Shown here piece after piece: positions 18,372 to 26,879 of a stretch of DNA of 64,000 nt. Source of the DNA: Promethearchaeia archaeon (GTDB lineage Archaea; Asgardarchaeota; Lokiarchaeia; Sigyniarchaeales; SOKP01); the NCBI GenBank assembly GCA_029856235.1, contig JAHQWP010000193.1:9646-73645 (forward strand). The letters run 5' to 3'. Under the pieces are notes generated by a model, which searched no databases, had not been told where the DNA came from, and saw nothing but the letters and a program-made list of their open reading frames with translations. The translations under genes were made by a program, and so were the position numbers. Position 1 is the stretch's first letter, and every line of letters begins with the position of its first letter.

Positions 18372-18500
18372 TTGAAAAGATTAGCTAGTTTAACTGCGAT
18401 ACCAAATTCACCATATGTTCCATCAAATAATACCTACCAAACAGGAACTCTATATTCTACTGTCAGAATAAAAGATTTTGATAAAAAAAATGAAGCTTAA
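18372..18500 (+). CDS. Cryptic short ORF B (not in the ORF track) carrying a third copy of the GTLYSTV(K/R)xKDF motif
   Basis: It starts at TTG 18372, with AAGGAGAG about 14 nt upstream. The translation is (M)KRLASLTAIPNSPYVPSNNTYQTGTLYSTVRIKDFDKKNEA-stop. It overlaps the methyltransferase ATG at 18490. Confidence 0.4.
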   Translation: MKRLASLTAIPNSPYVPSNNTYQTGTLYSTVRIKDFDKKNEA

Positions 18501-19809
18501 TATTGGTTGCGGAAAAAAATACGAACCGGAATATTGTAATATTGATCTATACGAAGAATTAGTGGCTGATAGACTAATGTCAGCTTTTAACCTTGAAATT
18601 AATGACAATACCTGCGAGGAAATTAAAGCGATTCATATAATTGAACACTTGAGTTTTTTTGAAACTATTTACGCTCTTAGTGAATTTTTTAGAGTATTAG
18701 AACCTGATGGAAAATTAATCCTTGAAACTCCTGATCTCGAGAAAGGTTGTCAACATTATTTAAAAGCAGACGCAGAACAAAAAAAAGAAATATTAGGATG
18801 GTTTTTTGGAATTCCTCATAAAGGTCTGCAACATAAACTATGTTTTCCCCCTTTCCTCTTAATCGAACTATTAGAAAATACAGGATTTGACAATATCTCG
18901 AACTTGGTTTTTTACAACGATGAGTCTATTCCCTCAGTTAGGTTTATATGCTGTAAAAGTGGGAATAGTGATGGAATTGGGGTATTTCAAGTCATTTCTA
19001 AACTCCGTAAGGAGCTACTCTTAAGCAACCAAATTGATTTTGCTGATTCCTTCTTACTTAAAGAGCAAGAAGATTTAGTAGCTTTCATAGCTTTAAATCT
19101 ACTTGAGTTTAAAAAAACCAAAAAAAAAAAGTTAATTCAGGATTTATTTGTCGAATTGCTGTTTAAGTGGCCTGGAATCGTTAAAACATTATTAATGGTT
19201 GTAGAGAATGAGAATTTTATCTCTCAGGTTTACAAATTAAACATTAAAGAAATATCAGAGCTTTTAACTAAGTATAAAATTGTGAATATACTTTTTAATT
19301 CGATAACTGAAGCTGCTACAAATCCCGGAACGCAAAGAATTATCTATTTCTCAGTTGAATCGTTTGCCAGGAAATTAATAGAAAACCTACTAAATTCCAA
19401 GGAAGATCGAGAAAAGTTGATAGAGAAACTTGAAACTCTGAATAAATCCTCTAAAGATATAAGTAATAAAATATTCTCAGCTGTTTTAATTGAAAGAGAA
19501 GCTTTAAACTTATTTTATCTAGGAATTAAATCATTTCATCAAGAGAATTATACTCAGGCTCATAATTTATTTTTAAGAGCAATTAAACTCAACCGTGATA
19601 ATTATTTATTTTTTTGGAATTTAAGTAAAACTCTAGCAAGGCTAAAATCTTACATTCAAGCGGAAAAAGTTTATAAGAAGACATTGCGTCTAATAAAAAT
19701 AACCAATGTTAAAAATAAACATGAATTAAAATCGCAAATCCAATATGAATACGATTGGATTAAGAAAAAGAAAGGAAATAAACCCAAGTTCGGTCCGATA
19801 ATAGTGTAA
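18490..19809 (+). CDS. Class I SAM-dependent methyltransferase fused to a helical/TPR-like C-terminal domain
   Basis: MKLNIGCGKKYEPEYCNIDL, IHIIEHL and LEPDGKLILETPD are Methyltransf_11/23-like. The C-terminal ~250 aa is helical with TPR-like repeats (NYTQAHNLFLRAIKLNRDNYLFFWNLSKTLARL). I prefer ATG 18490 over TTG 18478. Confidence 0.75.
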   Translation: MKLNIGCGKKYEPEYCNIDLYEELVADRLMSAFNLEINDNTCEEIKAIHIIEHLSFFETIYALSEFFRVLEPDGKLILETPDLEKGCQHYLKADAEQKKEILGWFFGIPHKGLQHKLCFPPFLLIELLENTGFDNISNLVFYNDESIPSVRFICCKSGNSDGIGVFQVISKLRKELLLSNQIDFADSFLLKEQEDLVAFIALNLLEFKKTKKKKLIQDLFVELLFKWPGIVKTLLMVVENENFISQVYKLNIKEISELLTKYKIVNILFNSITEAATNPGTQRIIYFSVESFARKLIENLLNSKEDREKLIEKLETLNKSSKDISNKIFSAVLIEREALNLFYLGIKSFHQENYTQAHNLFLRAIKLNRDNYLFFWNLSKTLARLKSYIQAEKVYKKTLRLIKITNVKNKHELKSQIQYEYDWIKKKKGNKPKFGPIIV

Positions 19810-19835
19810 AGATATATTAAATTAAGGGAAGTAAT

Positions 19836-20105
19836 ATGATTGCTGATATATTGAAATTTTATGAAGTAGGAAAAGAATTAGGATTAACAAAGAAAGAAAT
19901 AACTCAGATAATGATTTTTGATAATAGCAAATATGCTTATTTATGGAGATTTCTGCTAATTATCTTCATGCTCCTAATTATGATTGGATGGTTTAACTCA
20001 TTAGTTTTCTTAACTCAAAAAATTAACGAAAATGTTTACCCTGCTGGTACGATGTACTCTACGGTAAAACTTAAAGATTTTAATAAGAAATTTAAAGCTA
20101 GTTAG
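19836..20105 (+). CDS. Small membrane-tethered peptide C (precursor-like; conserved C-terminal YPAGTMYSTVKLKDF motif)
   Basis: The 89-aa product has an N-terminal VGKELGLTKKEIT, one TM helix, then NVYPAGTMYSTVKLKDFNKKFKAS. It is a full-length paralog of 18083..18334. Confidence 0.6.
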   Translation: MIADILKFYEVGKELGLTKKEITQIMIFDNSKYAYLWRFLLIIFMLLIMIGWFNSLVFLTQKINENVYPAGTMYSTVKLKDFNKKFKAS

Positions 20106-20123
20106 AGAGATGCAGGTGAAAAC

Positions 20124-20729
20124 ATGATTGAGAAAATTAGAATTATCGTAAAGAATAAAATAGCAATATTGCCAATACTAGGGGCAGTTCTAATAATAAT
20201 CTCGCTTTTTACACCATTCGCAATTTCTATGGGATTGGAAGGAATTTCCGTCTCAAGTCAATCTAATGTGTGGTATTGGGGATTTTATGAGGGGCAAAAC
20301 CAAATTCTTCTTCTCAATATACCCTTTATGCTAAATATACTCCTACCTATGACCACGTTTGTATGTGCAATTTTGATACTAATACTTTCTATTGAATTTG
20401 GTTTAAATGAAATAAATAGAAAATTATTTGGTGAATTATTGTTCATTTTTATTGTTTTAATTTATCTCTCCATGACTTTAACAGTAAAATTAATAGAATA
20501 CTCGTTTTCTCTCATGCCAGATTTAGAACCTGTCTTAATGACGGGCGCTCCTTTTTGGCATTATCGAATAGCTGGTTTTGGCCCTTTTGGAATAAATATA
20601 GCGATCTTCTTAGTTATAGTAGGAAGTTTAATATCGTTATTAGAGTCAAGAAAAAGTTTTTTCTATATTGAAATAACGGTTATTGTAATTTGGATAATTA
20701 TCCTCCTAGCTTTCTCTCCTCTCATTTAA
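20124..20729 (+). CDS. Polytopic membrane protein of the rSAM cassette (unknown function)
   Basis: It is 201 aa with several hydrophobic helices. AGGTGA lies upstream. It sits 18 nt after peptide C. I recognise no family. Confidence 0.5.
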   Translation: MIEKIRIIVKNKIAILPILGAVLIIISLFTPFAISMGLEGISVSSQSNVWYWGFYEGQNQILLLNIPFMLNILLPMTTFVCAILILILSIEFGLNEINRKLFGELLFIFIVLIYLSMTLTVKLIEYSFSLMPDLEPVLMTGAPFWHYRIAGFGPFGINIAIFLVIVGSLISLLESRKSFFYIEITVIVIWIIILLAFSPLI

Positions 20730-20828
20730 AATAGCAATGGTAAAAAGAGAATTTTTTAATCACGAATTCATAAATTACTTGGTTAATACCCATCTATTTT
20801 TAATATAGATCGTTTAAGAACTACAAGT

Positions 20829-21050
20829 ATGGCTCTTTTATCTTCAGAACGAAATTGTGCTGATTGTAGAAAAAGCATCTCGTTTGACGAGTTTTTGACG
20901 AATCACCCTCAGTATACAAAAGAACGAGCCCTTCTTATCTGGAATGACAAAATTCTTACGATTTTATGTCCCAAATGTTTCATTAATGCTCCTGAGAAAC
21001 CCTACAAAAAAAATCGATATAGCTACTTCAATTCATACTTTAGACATTGA
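20829..21050 (+). CDS. Small zinc-ribbon protein (CxxC...CxxC)
   Basis: It is 73 aa with CADC and CPKC pairs. It lies inside the right arm of the direct repeat. Confidence 0.5.
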   Translation: MALLSSERNCADCRKSISFDEFLTNHPQYTKERALLIWNDKILTILCPKCFINAPEKPYKKNRYSYFNSYFRH

Positions 21051-21183
21051 TGGATGAATTTTTTAAGGATTCTAGCTCATTGATTAGAAGCTGACGATTT
21101 CGCAAAATCAAGAATAAAAATCTATCAAATCTATTTATAAGACTAGATTTCCTTATTAGTACTTGGGGTTTGTAATCGTTAAA

Positions 21184-21714
21184 ATGTCGAGTTTTAAGTT
21201 AAAAGTTTTACTTACGGGAGCTGCCGCTGTTGGAAAAAAGAGACTTGTTCAGAGGTTTATCAAAAATCGATTTGCTGAAAACTACAAGCTCACCGTTGGA
21301 GTAGACATTCTCACCAAAGATGTAGAATATAAACCGGGCGAAGTAGCAACTCTCTCTATATGGGACATAGGCGGTCAACAAAGGTTCGAATTCATCCGAT
21401 CGACATTTTACAAAGGAGCTGCTGGCGTTTTGTTAGTCTTTGACTTAACAAGGGAGCAAACTTTCGTTGAATCAAAGAAGTGGCTTACAGAAACCCGGCA
21501 ATTTAGCAATGAGAACATTCCATTTGTATTGATTGGAAATAATGTAGATCTCCTCGAAGATGTTGGAGAAGTTATTGATCGAGAAGAAGCGCGAGCTTTT
21601 GCTGAAAAAGAAGGCGGTATTTACATTGAAACTTCAATTAAAACAGGGGCCAATGTAGATGAAGCCTTTAATGAACTCACACGTAGAATAATCGAATCAA
21701 GACATAGTAATTAA
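21184..21714 (+). CDS. Ras/Rab-like small GTPase with non-canonical G1 and G4 motifs
   Basis: G1 is GAAAVGKK and G2 is LTVGVD. G3 is WDIGGQ, G4 is GNNVD and G5 is ETSIKTG. Order and spacing are typical of Ras-superfamily proteins. I prefer ATG 21184 over TTG 21163. Confidence 0.85.
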   Translation: MSSFKLKVLLTGAAAVGKKRLVQRFIKNRFAENYKLTVGVDILTKDVEYKPGEVATLSIWDIGGQQRFEFIRSTFYKGAAGVLLVFDLTREQTFVESKKWLTETRQFSNENIPFVLIGNNVDLLEDVGEVIDREEARAFAEKEGGIYIETSIKTGANVDEAFNELTRRIIESRHSN

Positions 21715-21776
21715 TAGCTCTTCCGTTTAAACAATTCATGTTTTTCTTGACATCTTCTATTGAAGTTTCTACTTTT

Positions 21777-22871
21777 TCAAGGTAATGAGGGATAATCAGT
21801 GTAACCCTTCTCACCAGGAGTGTAAAAAGTGTGCTTATCCCATCTTGCTATTTCACCATCAAGTTCAAAGCGTTTTGGGAGATCGGGATTAGATATAAAA
21901 AGCTTCCCAAACGCCACGAGATCGGCGAGATTCTCCTGCAGAAATCTATTCCCTTTTTCTTGGGTAAATTCGCTATTTATCATTAGAGTCCCTTTATATA
22001 ACGGTCTAAAATGTTTCGCGATATTAGGTTCCGCAAAGGGTACGTTAGTTACATCTGTGAATGGTTCGGATAGATGCAAATATGCTAAGTCGTAATTGTT
22101 CAGTCTTTCTACTATATATTCGAATGTAGGAATAGTCTCCTCGTCAACTGTAATTCCAAATATATCGTGAAACGAAGGATTTAGCCTCGTTCCAATGCGA
22201 TTCTCCGGCACTACTTCCTTTATTGCATCAATGACCTCGAATAGAAATCTGGCTCGATTTTCAATTGATCCACCATACTCGTCTGTTCTGTTGTTAGAAC
22301 ATCGTGTAAAAAATTGATGGAATAAATACCCGTTTGAGGAGTGAATCTCTACTCCGTCAAATCCCGCCTTCATAGCATTACTAGCAGCATTCTTGAAATC
22401 TTGAACAGTTTGTTTAATATCAGCGATATCCATCGCTTTAGGAGTAACAGTATCTTTAAACCCTTCGTAAGTGAATGATTTCGATTTAGGATTTATTGCA
22501 GATGGAGCCAGTGGTAGTTCGCCATTGTGGAGATCTGGATGCGACATTCTTCCAACGTGCCACAATTGGATAAATATTTTTCCTTCTCTTTTATGAACAG
22601 CGTTGGTTACTAACTTCCATCCTTCGACTTGGGCCTCTGAATAGATCCCAGGGGTGTGAATGTAACCGACGGCATCTTTCGAGACTTGGGATCCACAGGT
22701 GATAATCAGCCCCGCAGACGATCTCTGCCCATAATGTTTAGCTTGAAGCTCAGTGGGGCGATTCTCTGGATTATTAGCCCTATTCCGAGTCATAGGAGCC
22801 ATTACCATTCTATTTTTTAGGTGTAAATCTCCTATCGTTATTTCTTTTAAAAGAGGTTGCACTCTAGACAT
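21777..22871 (-). CDS. Old Yellow Enzyme family NADH:flavin oxidoreductase (alkene reductase)
   Basis: NRMVMAPMTR, QLWHVGR, GFDGVEIHSSNGYLFHQF and RTDEYGGS are classic OYE motifs. Confidence 0.85.
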   Translation of the reverse strand: MSRVQPLLKEITIGDLHLKNRMVMAPMTRNRANNPENRPTELQAKHYGQRSSAGLIITCGSQVSKDAVGYIHTPGIYSEAQVEGWKLVTNAVHKREGKIFIQLWHVGRMSHPDLHNGELPLAPSAINPKSKSFTYEGFKDTVTPKAMDIADIKQTVQDFKNAASNAMKAGFDGVEIHSSNGYLFHQFFTRCSNNRTDEYGGSIENRARFLFEVIDAIKEVVPENRIGTRLNPSFHDIFGITVDEETIPTFEYIVERLNNYDLAYLHLSEPFTDVTNVPFAEPNIAKHFRPLYKGTLMINSEFTQEKGNRFLQENLADLVAFGKLFISNPDLPKRFELDGEIARWDKHTFYTPGEKGYTDYPSLP

Positions 22872-23007
22872 ATCTAATCGTTTTGATTATAATGTGTTAA
22901 TTAAATTTTTATATAATGAGCAATATTTAACGCTATTCAGTATAATCTATAATTATGAAAAATTAATTGAATAATCTTTCTCATATCGAAAAAATAGGTG
23001 TATAATT

Positions 23008-25398
23008 ATGCAAACAAGTGAGTCAATTGATCCGTTTTTTACCGAGCCATATGTGGATATCGATGAGTGGCGGGACGATCCTGTACGCCATCGATACATC
23101 CATGGCGGTTTTAAAGGCACCGATGCCAGATTTTCGTTCTATTTCCCACCGAAGGAGCAATACGAAGGCCGGTTCTTCCAGTATATCATGCCAATGTCTG
23201 GGAATGAAAACCTTGTACAGAATCCAAGTTATCCTGATCCTCCCTACGCATTAGATTTTGTCTTCGAGAGTGGCGGTTATTTTGTGGAATCAAACCTAGG
23301 GAGGTTGGACATGTTCCCAGGGGATGATCCCACCATCGCCGGATATAGAACCAGTGCGGCAGTGGCGAAATATTCGCGCGTTTTGGCCTCTGAAATGTAT
23401 AGTCCCCACCGCTCCTATGGTTATGCTTTTGGCGGTAGCGGCGGAGGATATAAGACAATGAGTTGTATAGAAAACACAACCGGTATCTGGGACGGTGTGG
23501 TGCCATTTATTCACGCAACACCAATGGCCATGATCAATGTATTTTCGGTACAGGCTCATGCAATGCGCGTGTTGAATGATAAAATGCCCGCCATCATCGA
23601 TGCAGTAGAACCTGGTGGTAGCGGAGATATGTATGCTAATCTAAATGAAGAAGAACGAGAAGCGCTTACCGAAGTGACTAAGATGGGATTTCCGCCACGA
23701 GCTTGGTTCAATTACAGGAGAATAGCGTTCGGTTACACCGGAGTCTTAACTACGCTCCTTGACCCAATGATTAAATGGGATCCCACATACTTTGAAGATT
23801 TTTGGAAGGAGCCGGGCTATCTCGGTGCGAACCCGCCCCAATCGCTCTTAGACGCGCGGATAAAACACGAAACAACCATAAGCAAGCTTATTATGCCCGA
23901 AGATATCAGGAAAATGGGAGGGTCATTGTCCATATCTGCGGGGCAAGCTGGTAACGTAGTCCCAGCAGGGTTTGAATTAGAAAGCGTGCCTGAAGGTGAC
24001 ATACAGGGGGCCTCAATATACTTGAAAAACGGCAAAGCAGAGGGTTGCGTGGTTTACGCTGTTGCAGCGTTCGATAACATGGTAATGTTAGCCTATGGCG
24101 AAGAAAACTACCAGTTTCTATCAAGTGTCAAGGTGGGTGACAAAGTGCAGATCGACAATTCTAATTATCTCGCTACTCAAACCTATCATCGACATCAGGT
24201 TCCGGCACCGGAATACTATGTCTGGGACCAGTTCCGGGGCGCTGATGGTAAACCGTTGTATCCGCAACGACCCGAGATAATAGGCCCGCTTCATGCGTAT
24301 CAGGGCGCTGGTTCGGTCCAGACTGGCAAGTTTGAGGGCAAGATGATTGTAGTAGAAATGTTAATGGACGAGGCAGCTTATCCTTGGCAAGCCGACTGGT
24401 ATCGCTCGAAAGTAAAAGCCGCATTGGGAGAGAAATTCGATGATAACTATCGGCTCTGGTTCATTGACAATGCAATGCATACTCCACCAGTGATCTCAGC
24501 GTTAGACTCCCATCCAGCAATAACCACGCGAGTTATTCACTATGGTGGTGTGTTGCAGCAAGCACTGCGTGACGTGAGCGCATGGGTTGAAAAAGGCGTG
24601 GCACCCCCAGCAAGTACTACATATAAAGTAGTAGATGGCCAAGTGGAAGTACCTCCCACTGCTGCGGAGCGTAAAGGTATTCAACCAGTGGTCACTCTTG
24701 CAGTAAATGGAAGCGATCGTGCAGATGTCAAGTTCGGGAAGAAACTTAAGTTTTCCGCGGTGATTGAAACACCCCCGGATACTGGTTCGGTAGTTAGCGT
24801 TGAATGGGATTTTGAGGGCAATGGTGATTATCCAATAACTGAGCAACTCAAAGATAGCAAGAGTAAAACTGTGAAGGTGAAAACCACTTATACTTTCGCC
24901 GAGAACGGCATGTACTTTCCTGCAGTGCGTGTATCTTCGCAGAGGGAAGGCAACGCTCAAACACCCCACACAAGAATCCAGAACATCGCTCGCGTGAGGG
25001 TTGTAGTCAGCGGTAAAGAACAACAAGTACCTGAAACTAAGCAATTAATATTTGAATTAAAAGAGAAACGAGCCGATTTGGGAAACATAATTAACAAGTT
25101 CTTTGATACAGTTGGACAACATACTACGGTAGCTCAGGGAAAAGAGTTATCAACCAATGAGATTGGCCCAAGAACTGAACGTTCTACAAGATTCGAAGTT
25201 GTTCCTTCTCCTGGGACAACTTTTTATACGATAAGTTTTGAAGATATAGATTCAGGTATTGGCGTCTTTATTGAAATAGAAATGGAAGTCACAGGATCCT
25301 ATAAAATGATGGCAAAAACCATAAAAAAAGTGTTCTCAAAAAGCATTATAGAAAATGCTACAGAAACTCTCAATAAAATTTTAAAAGAAACGGAGTGA
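23008..25398 (+). CDS. Multidomain serine-hydrolase-like protein (alpha/beta-hydrolase, tannase/feruloyl-esterase-like) with a PKD-like domain and an AT-rich C-terminal extension
   Basis: FGGSGGGYK contains a GxSxG nucleophile elbow. The C-terminal third has a PKD-like VSVEWDFEGNGDY. The gene body at 23040-25020 is markedly GC-rich, while the first ~11 and last ~120 codons have the local AT-rich composition. Confidence 0.55.
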   Translation: MQTSESIDPFFTEPYVDIDEWRDDPVRHRYIHGGFKGTDARFSFYFPPKEQYEGRFFQYIMPMSGNENLVQNPSYPDPPYALDFVFESGGYFVESNLGRLDMFPGDDPTIAGYRTSAAVAKYSRVLASEMYSPHRSYGYAFGGSGGGYKTMSCIENTTGIWDGVVPFIHATPMAMINVFSVQAHAMRVLNDKMPAIIDAVEPGGSGDMYANLNEEEREALTEVTKMGFPPRAWFNYRRIAFGYTGVLTTLLDPMIKWDPTYFEDFWKEPGYLGANPPQSLLDARIKHETTISKLIMPEDIRKMGGSLSISAGQAGNVVPAGFELESVPEGDIQGASIYLKNGKAEGCVVYAVAAFDNMVMLAYGEENYQFLSSVKVGDKVQIDNSNYLATQTYHRHQVPAPEYYVWDQFRGADGKPLYPQRPEIIGPLHAYQGAGSVQTGKFEGKMIVVEMLMDEAAYPWQADWYRSKVKAALGEKFDDNYRLWFIDNAMHTPPVISALDSHPAITTRVIHYGGVLQQALRDVSAWVEKGVAPPASTTYKVVDGQVEVPPTAAERKGIQPVVTLAVNGSDRADVKFGKKLKFSAVIETPPDTGSVVSVEWDFEGNGDYPITEQLKDSKSKTVKVKTTYTFAENGMYFPAVRVSSQREGNAQTPHTRIQNIARVRVVVSGKEQQVPETKQLIFELKEKRADLGNIINKFFDTVGQHTTVAQGKELSTNEIGPRTERSTRFEVVPSPGTTFYTISFEDIDSGIGVFIEIEMEVTGSYKMMAKTIKKVFSKSIIENATETLNKILKETE

Positions 25399-25509
25399 TT
25401 TCCTTTTTTTTATTTCTTTTAGAATGAATAATTACCTTTTCTTATGTTCTTTATAATTTTTACAGATAGGCATATAAAAAACCTGACTGGTATACAATTT
25501 ATATGCTTT

Positions 25510-25534
25510 TTGCGAAGAGAATAACTCTTCGCAA
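25510..25534. terminator. Perfect 10-bp hairpin between convergent genes
   Basis: TTGCGAAGAG-aataa-CTCTTCGCAA lies between the stops of 23008..25398 (+) and 25677..26864 (-). A T-tract (TTTTTTTTATTTCTTTT) directly follows the plus-strand stop. Confidence 0.3.
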
Positions 25535-25676
25535 TACCAATCGCGGTATCTATCATTCTTTCCTGAGATTTATGGCATCGCTAAACATTAATGAATTGAG
25601 CTATTCAAAAATATATTTCTATCAAGTAAAATTACAGCCAAAAAAAGGAAAAATATATAAAAAAAAATAGAAAGTT

Positions 25677-26864
25677 TTAATCTCGTTGACCTAATATGGT
25701 CGTGGAACAAACGCTAAACGCACCGCCGAGGTTATGAGCCAAACCAATCTTGGCATCGGGTACTTGTCTCCCTTCAGCGCGTCCTTGAACTTGTTTGGCA
25801 ATCTCTGTTAGCATCCTGCAACCCGTACTTCCAATAGGATGACCAAAGCTTTTTAATCCTCCAGATGGGTTTACAGCAGTTTCTCCATCCCAATTGAACG
25901 TACCATTTTTAAGCTCTTCAGCTGCTTGACCCCTATCACAGAATTGTAAATCCTGACAATTTATTAATTCAGTGATCGTAAAACAGTCGTGAACTTCTGC
26001 GGCGTCAATTTCTTTTCGGGGATTGGTAATTCCCGCTTCTTTATAGGCATACTGCGCTGCTTTTATGGTCGAAGGGAACGCTGTAAAGTCTGCTCCGGGT
26101 CCTCCTTGAGGAATGTACCAAGGAAAATTGGTTTGGGCCGAAATCGCGTTGGCTTTAACTAATACATAATCATCTGCATGAGCGTAAGACTCTGCGAGTT
26201 CTGGTGTTGTAAGGATCAACGCAGCTGCTCCGTCCGACATCGCGCAACAATCGAAGCGACCAAGGGGATCAGCAATCATAGGAGCTTTCATCGCAGCCTC
26301 AATTGTAATCGGGCTTCGAAAGTGTGCTTTTGGATGATGAGAGCCGTTCTCGTGATTTTTTACGGCAACTCGAGCAAGATCCTCTTTTGTCCAACCAAAT
26401 TCGTGGAAGCACCTAGTTGCTGCCATCGAAAACATTGCGGGTGCGGAAGGTGTTGGGTACAATGGATGTCCAAATTGTCTGAATCCCGGTAGGCCACTAC
26501 CACCTTCGTCCATGAGTTTCTCCACTCCACAGGCGAGAGCAATATCATATGCGCCAGAGGCAATAGCGAAAGAAGCGTTACGGAACGCGTCCATACCCGA
26601 AGCGCAATAATTTTCCACTCGAGTGGCAGGTTTCCCATCCATTTTAAGGATATCTTCTACCATTGAACCGGAAAGTCCAGTAAAATAGTAAAATATCCCA
26701 ATCCAGCTCGCATCTACCTCGTCCTTGGTGATTCCGGCGTCTTTTAAAGCGCTTTGGAACGCTTCGAAAAGCAGGTCGTATTGCGACTTGTCCCATAGTT
26801 CTCCATATTTTGTCATATCGCAACCGATAATCGCGACTTTGTCTTTAATACCATGTCTTGTCAT
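25677..26864 (-). CDS. Thiolase (SCP-x / archaeal acetoacetyl-CoA thiolase type)
   Basis: The nucleophile motif is VENYCASGMDA. The C-terminal motifs are GGLKSFGHPIGSTGCRM and GLAHNLGG. It is 395 aa. Confidence 0.85.
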   Translation of the reverse strand: MTRHGIKDKVAIIGCDMTKYGELWDKSQYDLLFEAFQSALKDAGITKDEVDASWIGIFYYFTGLSGSMVEDILKMDGKPATRVENYCASGMDAFRNASFAIASGAYDIALACGVEKLMDEGGSGLPGFRQFGHPLYPTPSAPAMFSMAATRCFHEFGWTKEDLARVAVKNHENGSHHPKAHFRSPITIEAAMKAPMIADPLGRFDCCAMSDGAAALILTTPELAESYAHADDYVLVKANAISAQTNFPWYIPQGGPGADFTAFPSTIKAAQYAYKEAGITNPRKEIDAAEVHDCFTITELINCQDLQFCDRGQAAEELKNGTFNWDGETAVNPSGGLKSFGHPIGSTGCRMLTEIAKQVQGRAEGRQVPDAKIGLAHNLGGAFSVCSTTILGQRD

Positions 26865-26879
26865 TTTGCATTACCTCCT

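Noticed and set aside
23018-25044. A stack of 60-180-aa ORFs on both strands (23018..23254, 23186..23506, 23296..23559, 23817..24035, 23906..24124, 24095..24280, 24173..24424, 24502..25044).
   Set aside because: All of them lie inside the GC-rich core of the 796-aa ORF. Their translations are low-complexity and rich in Arg, Pro, Ser and Cys, with no motifs. Stop-poor alternative frames are expected in GC-rich DNA.
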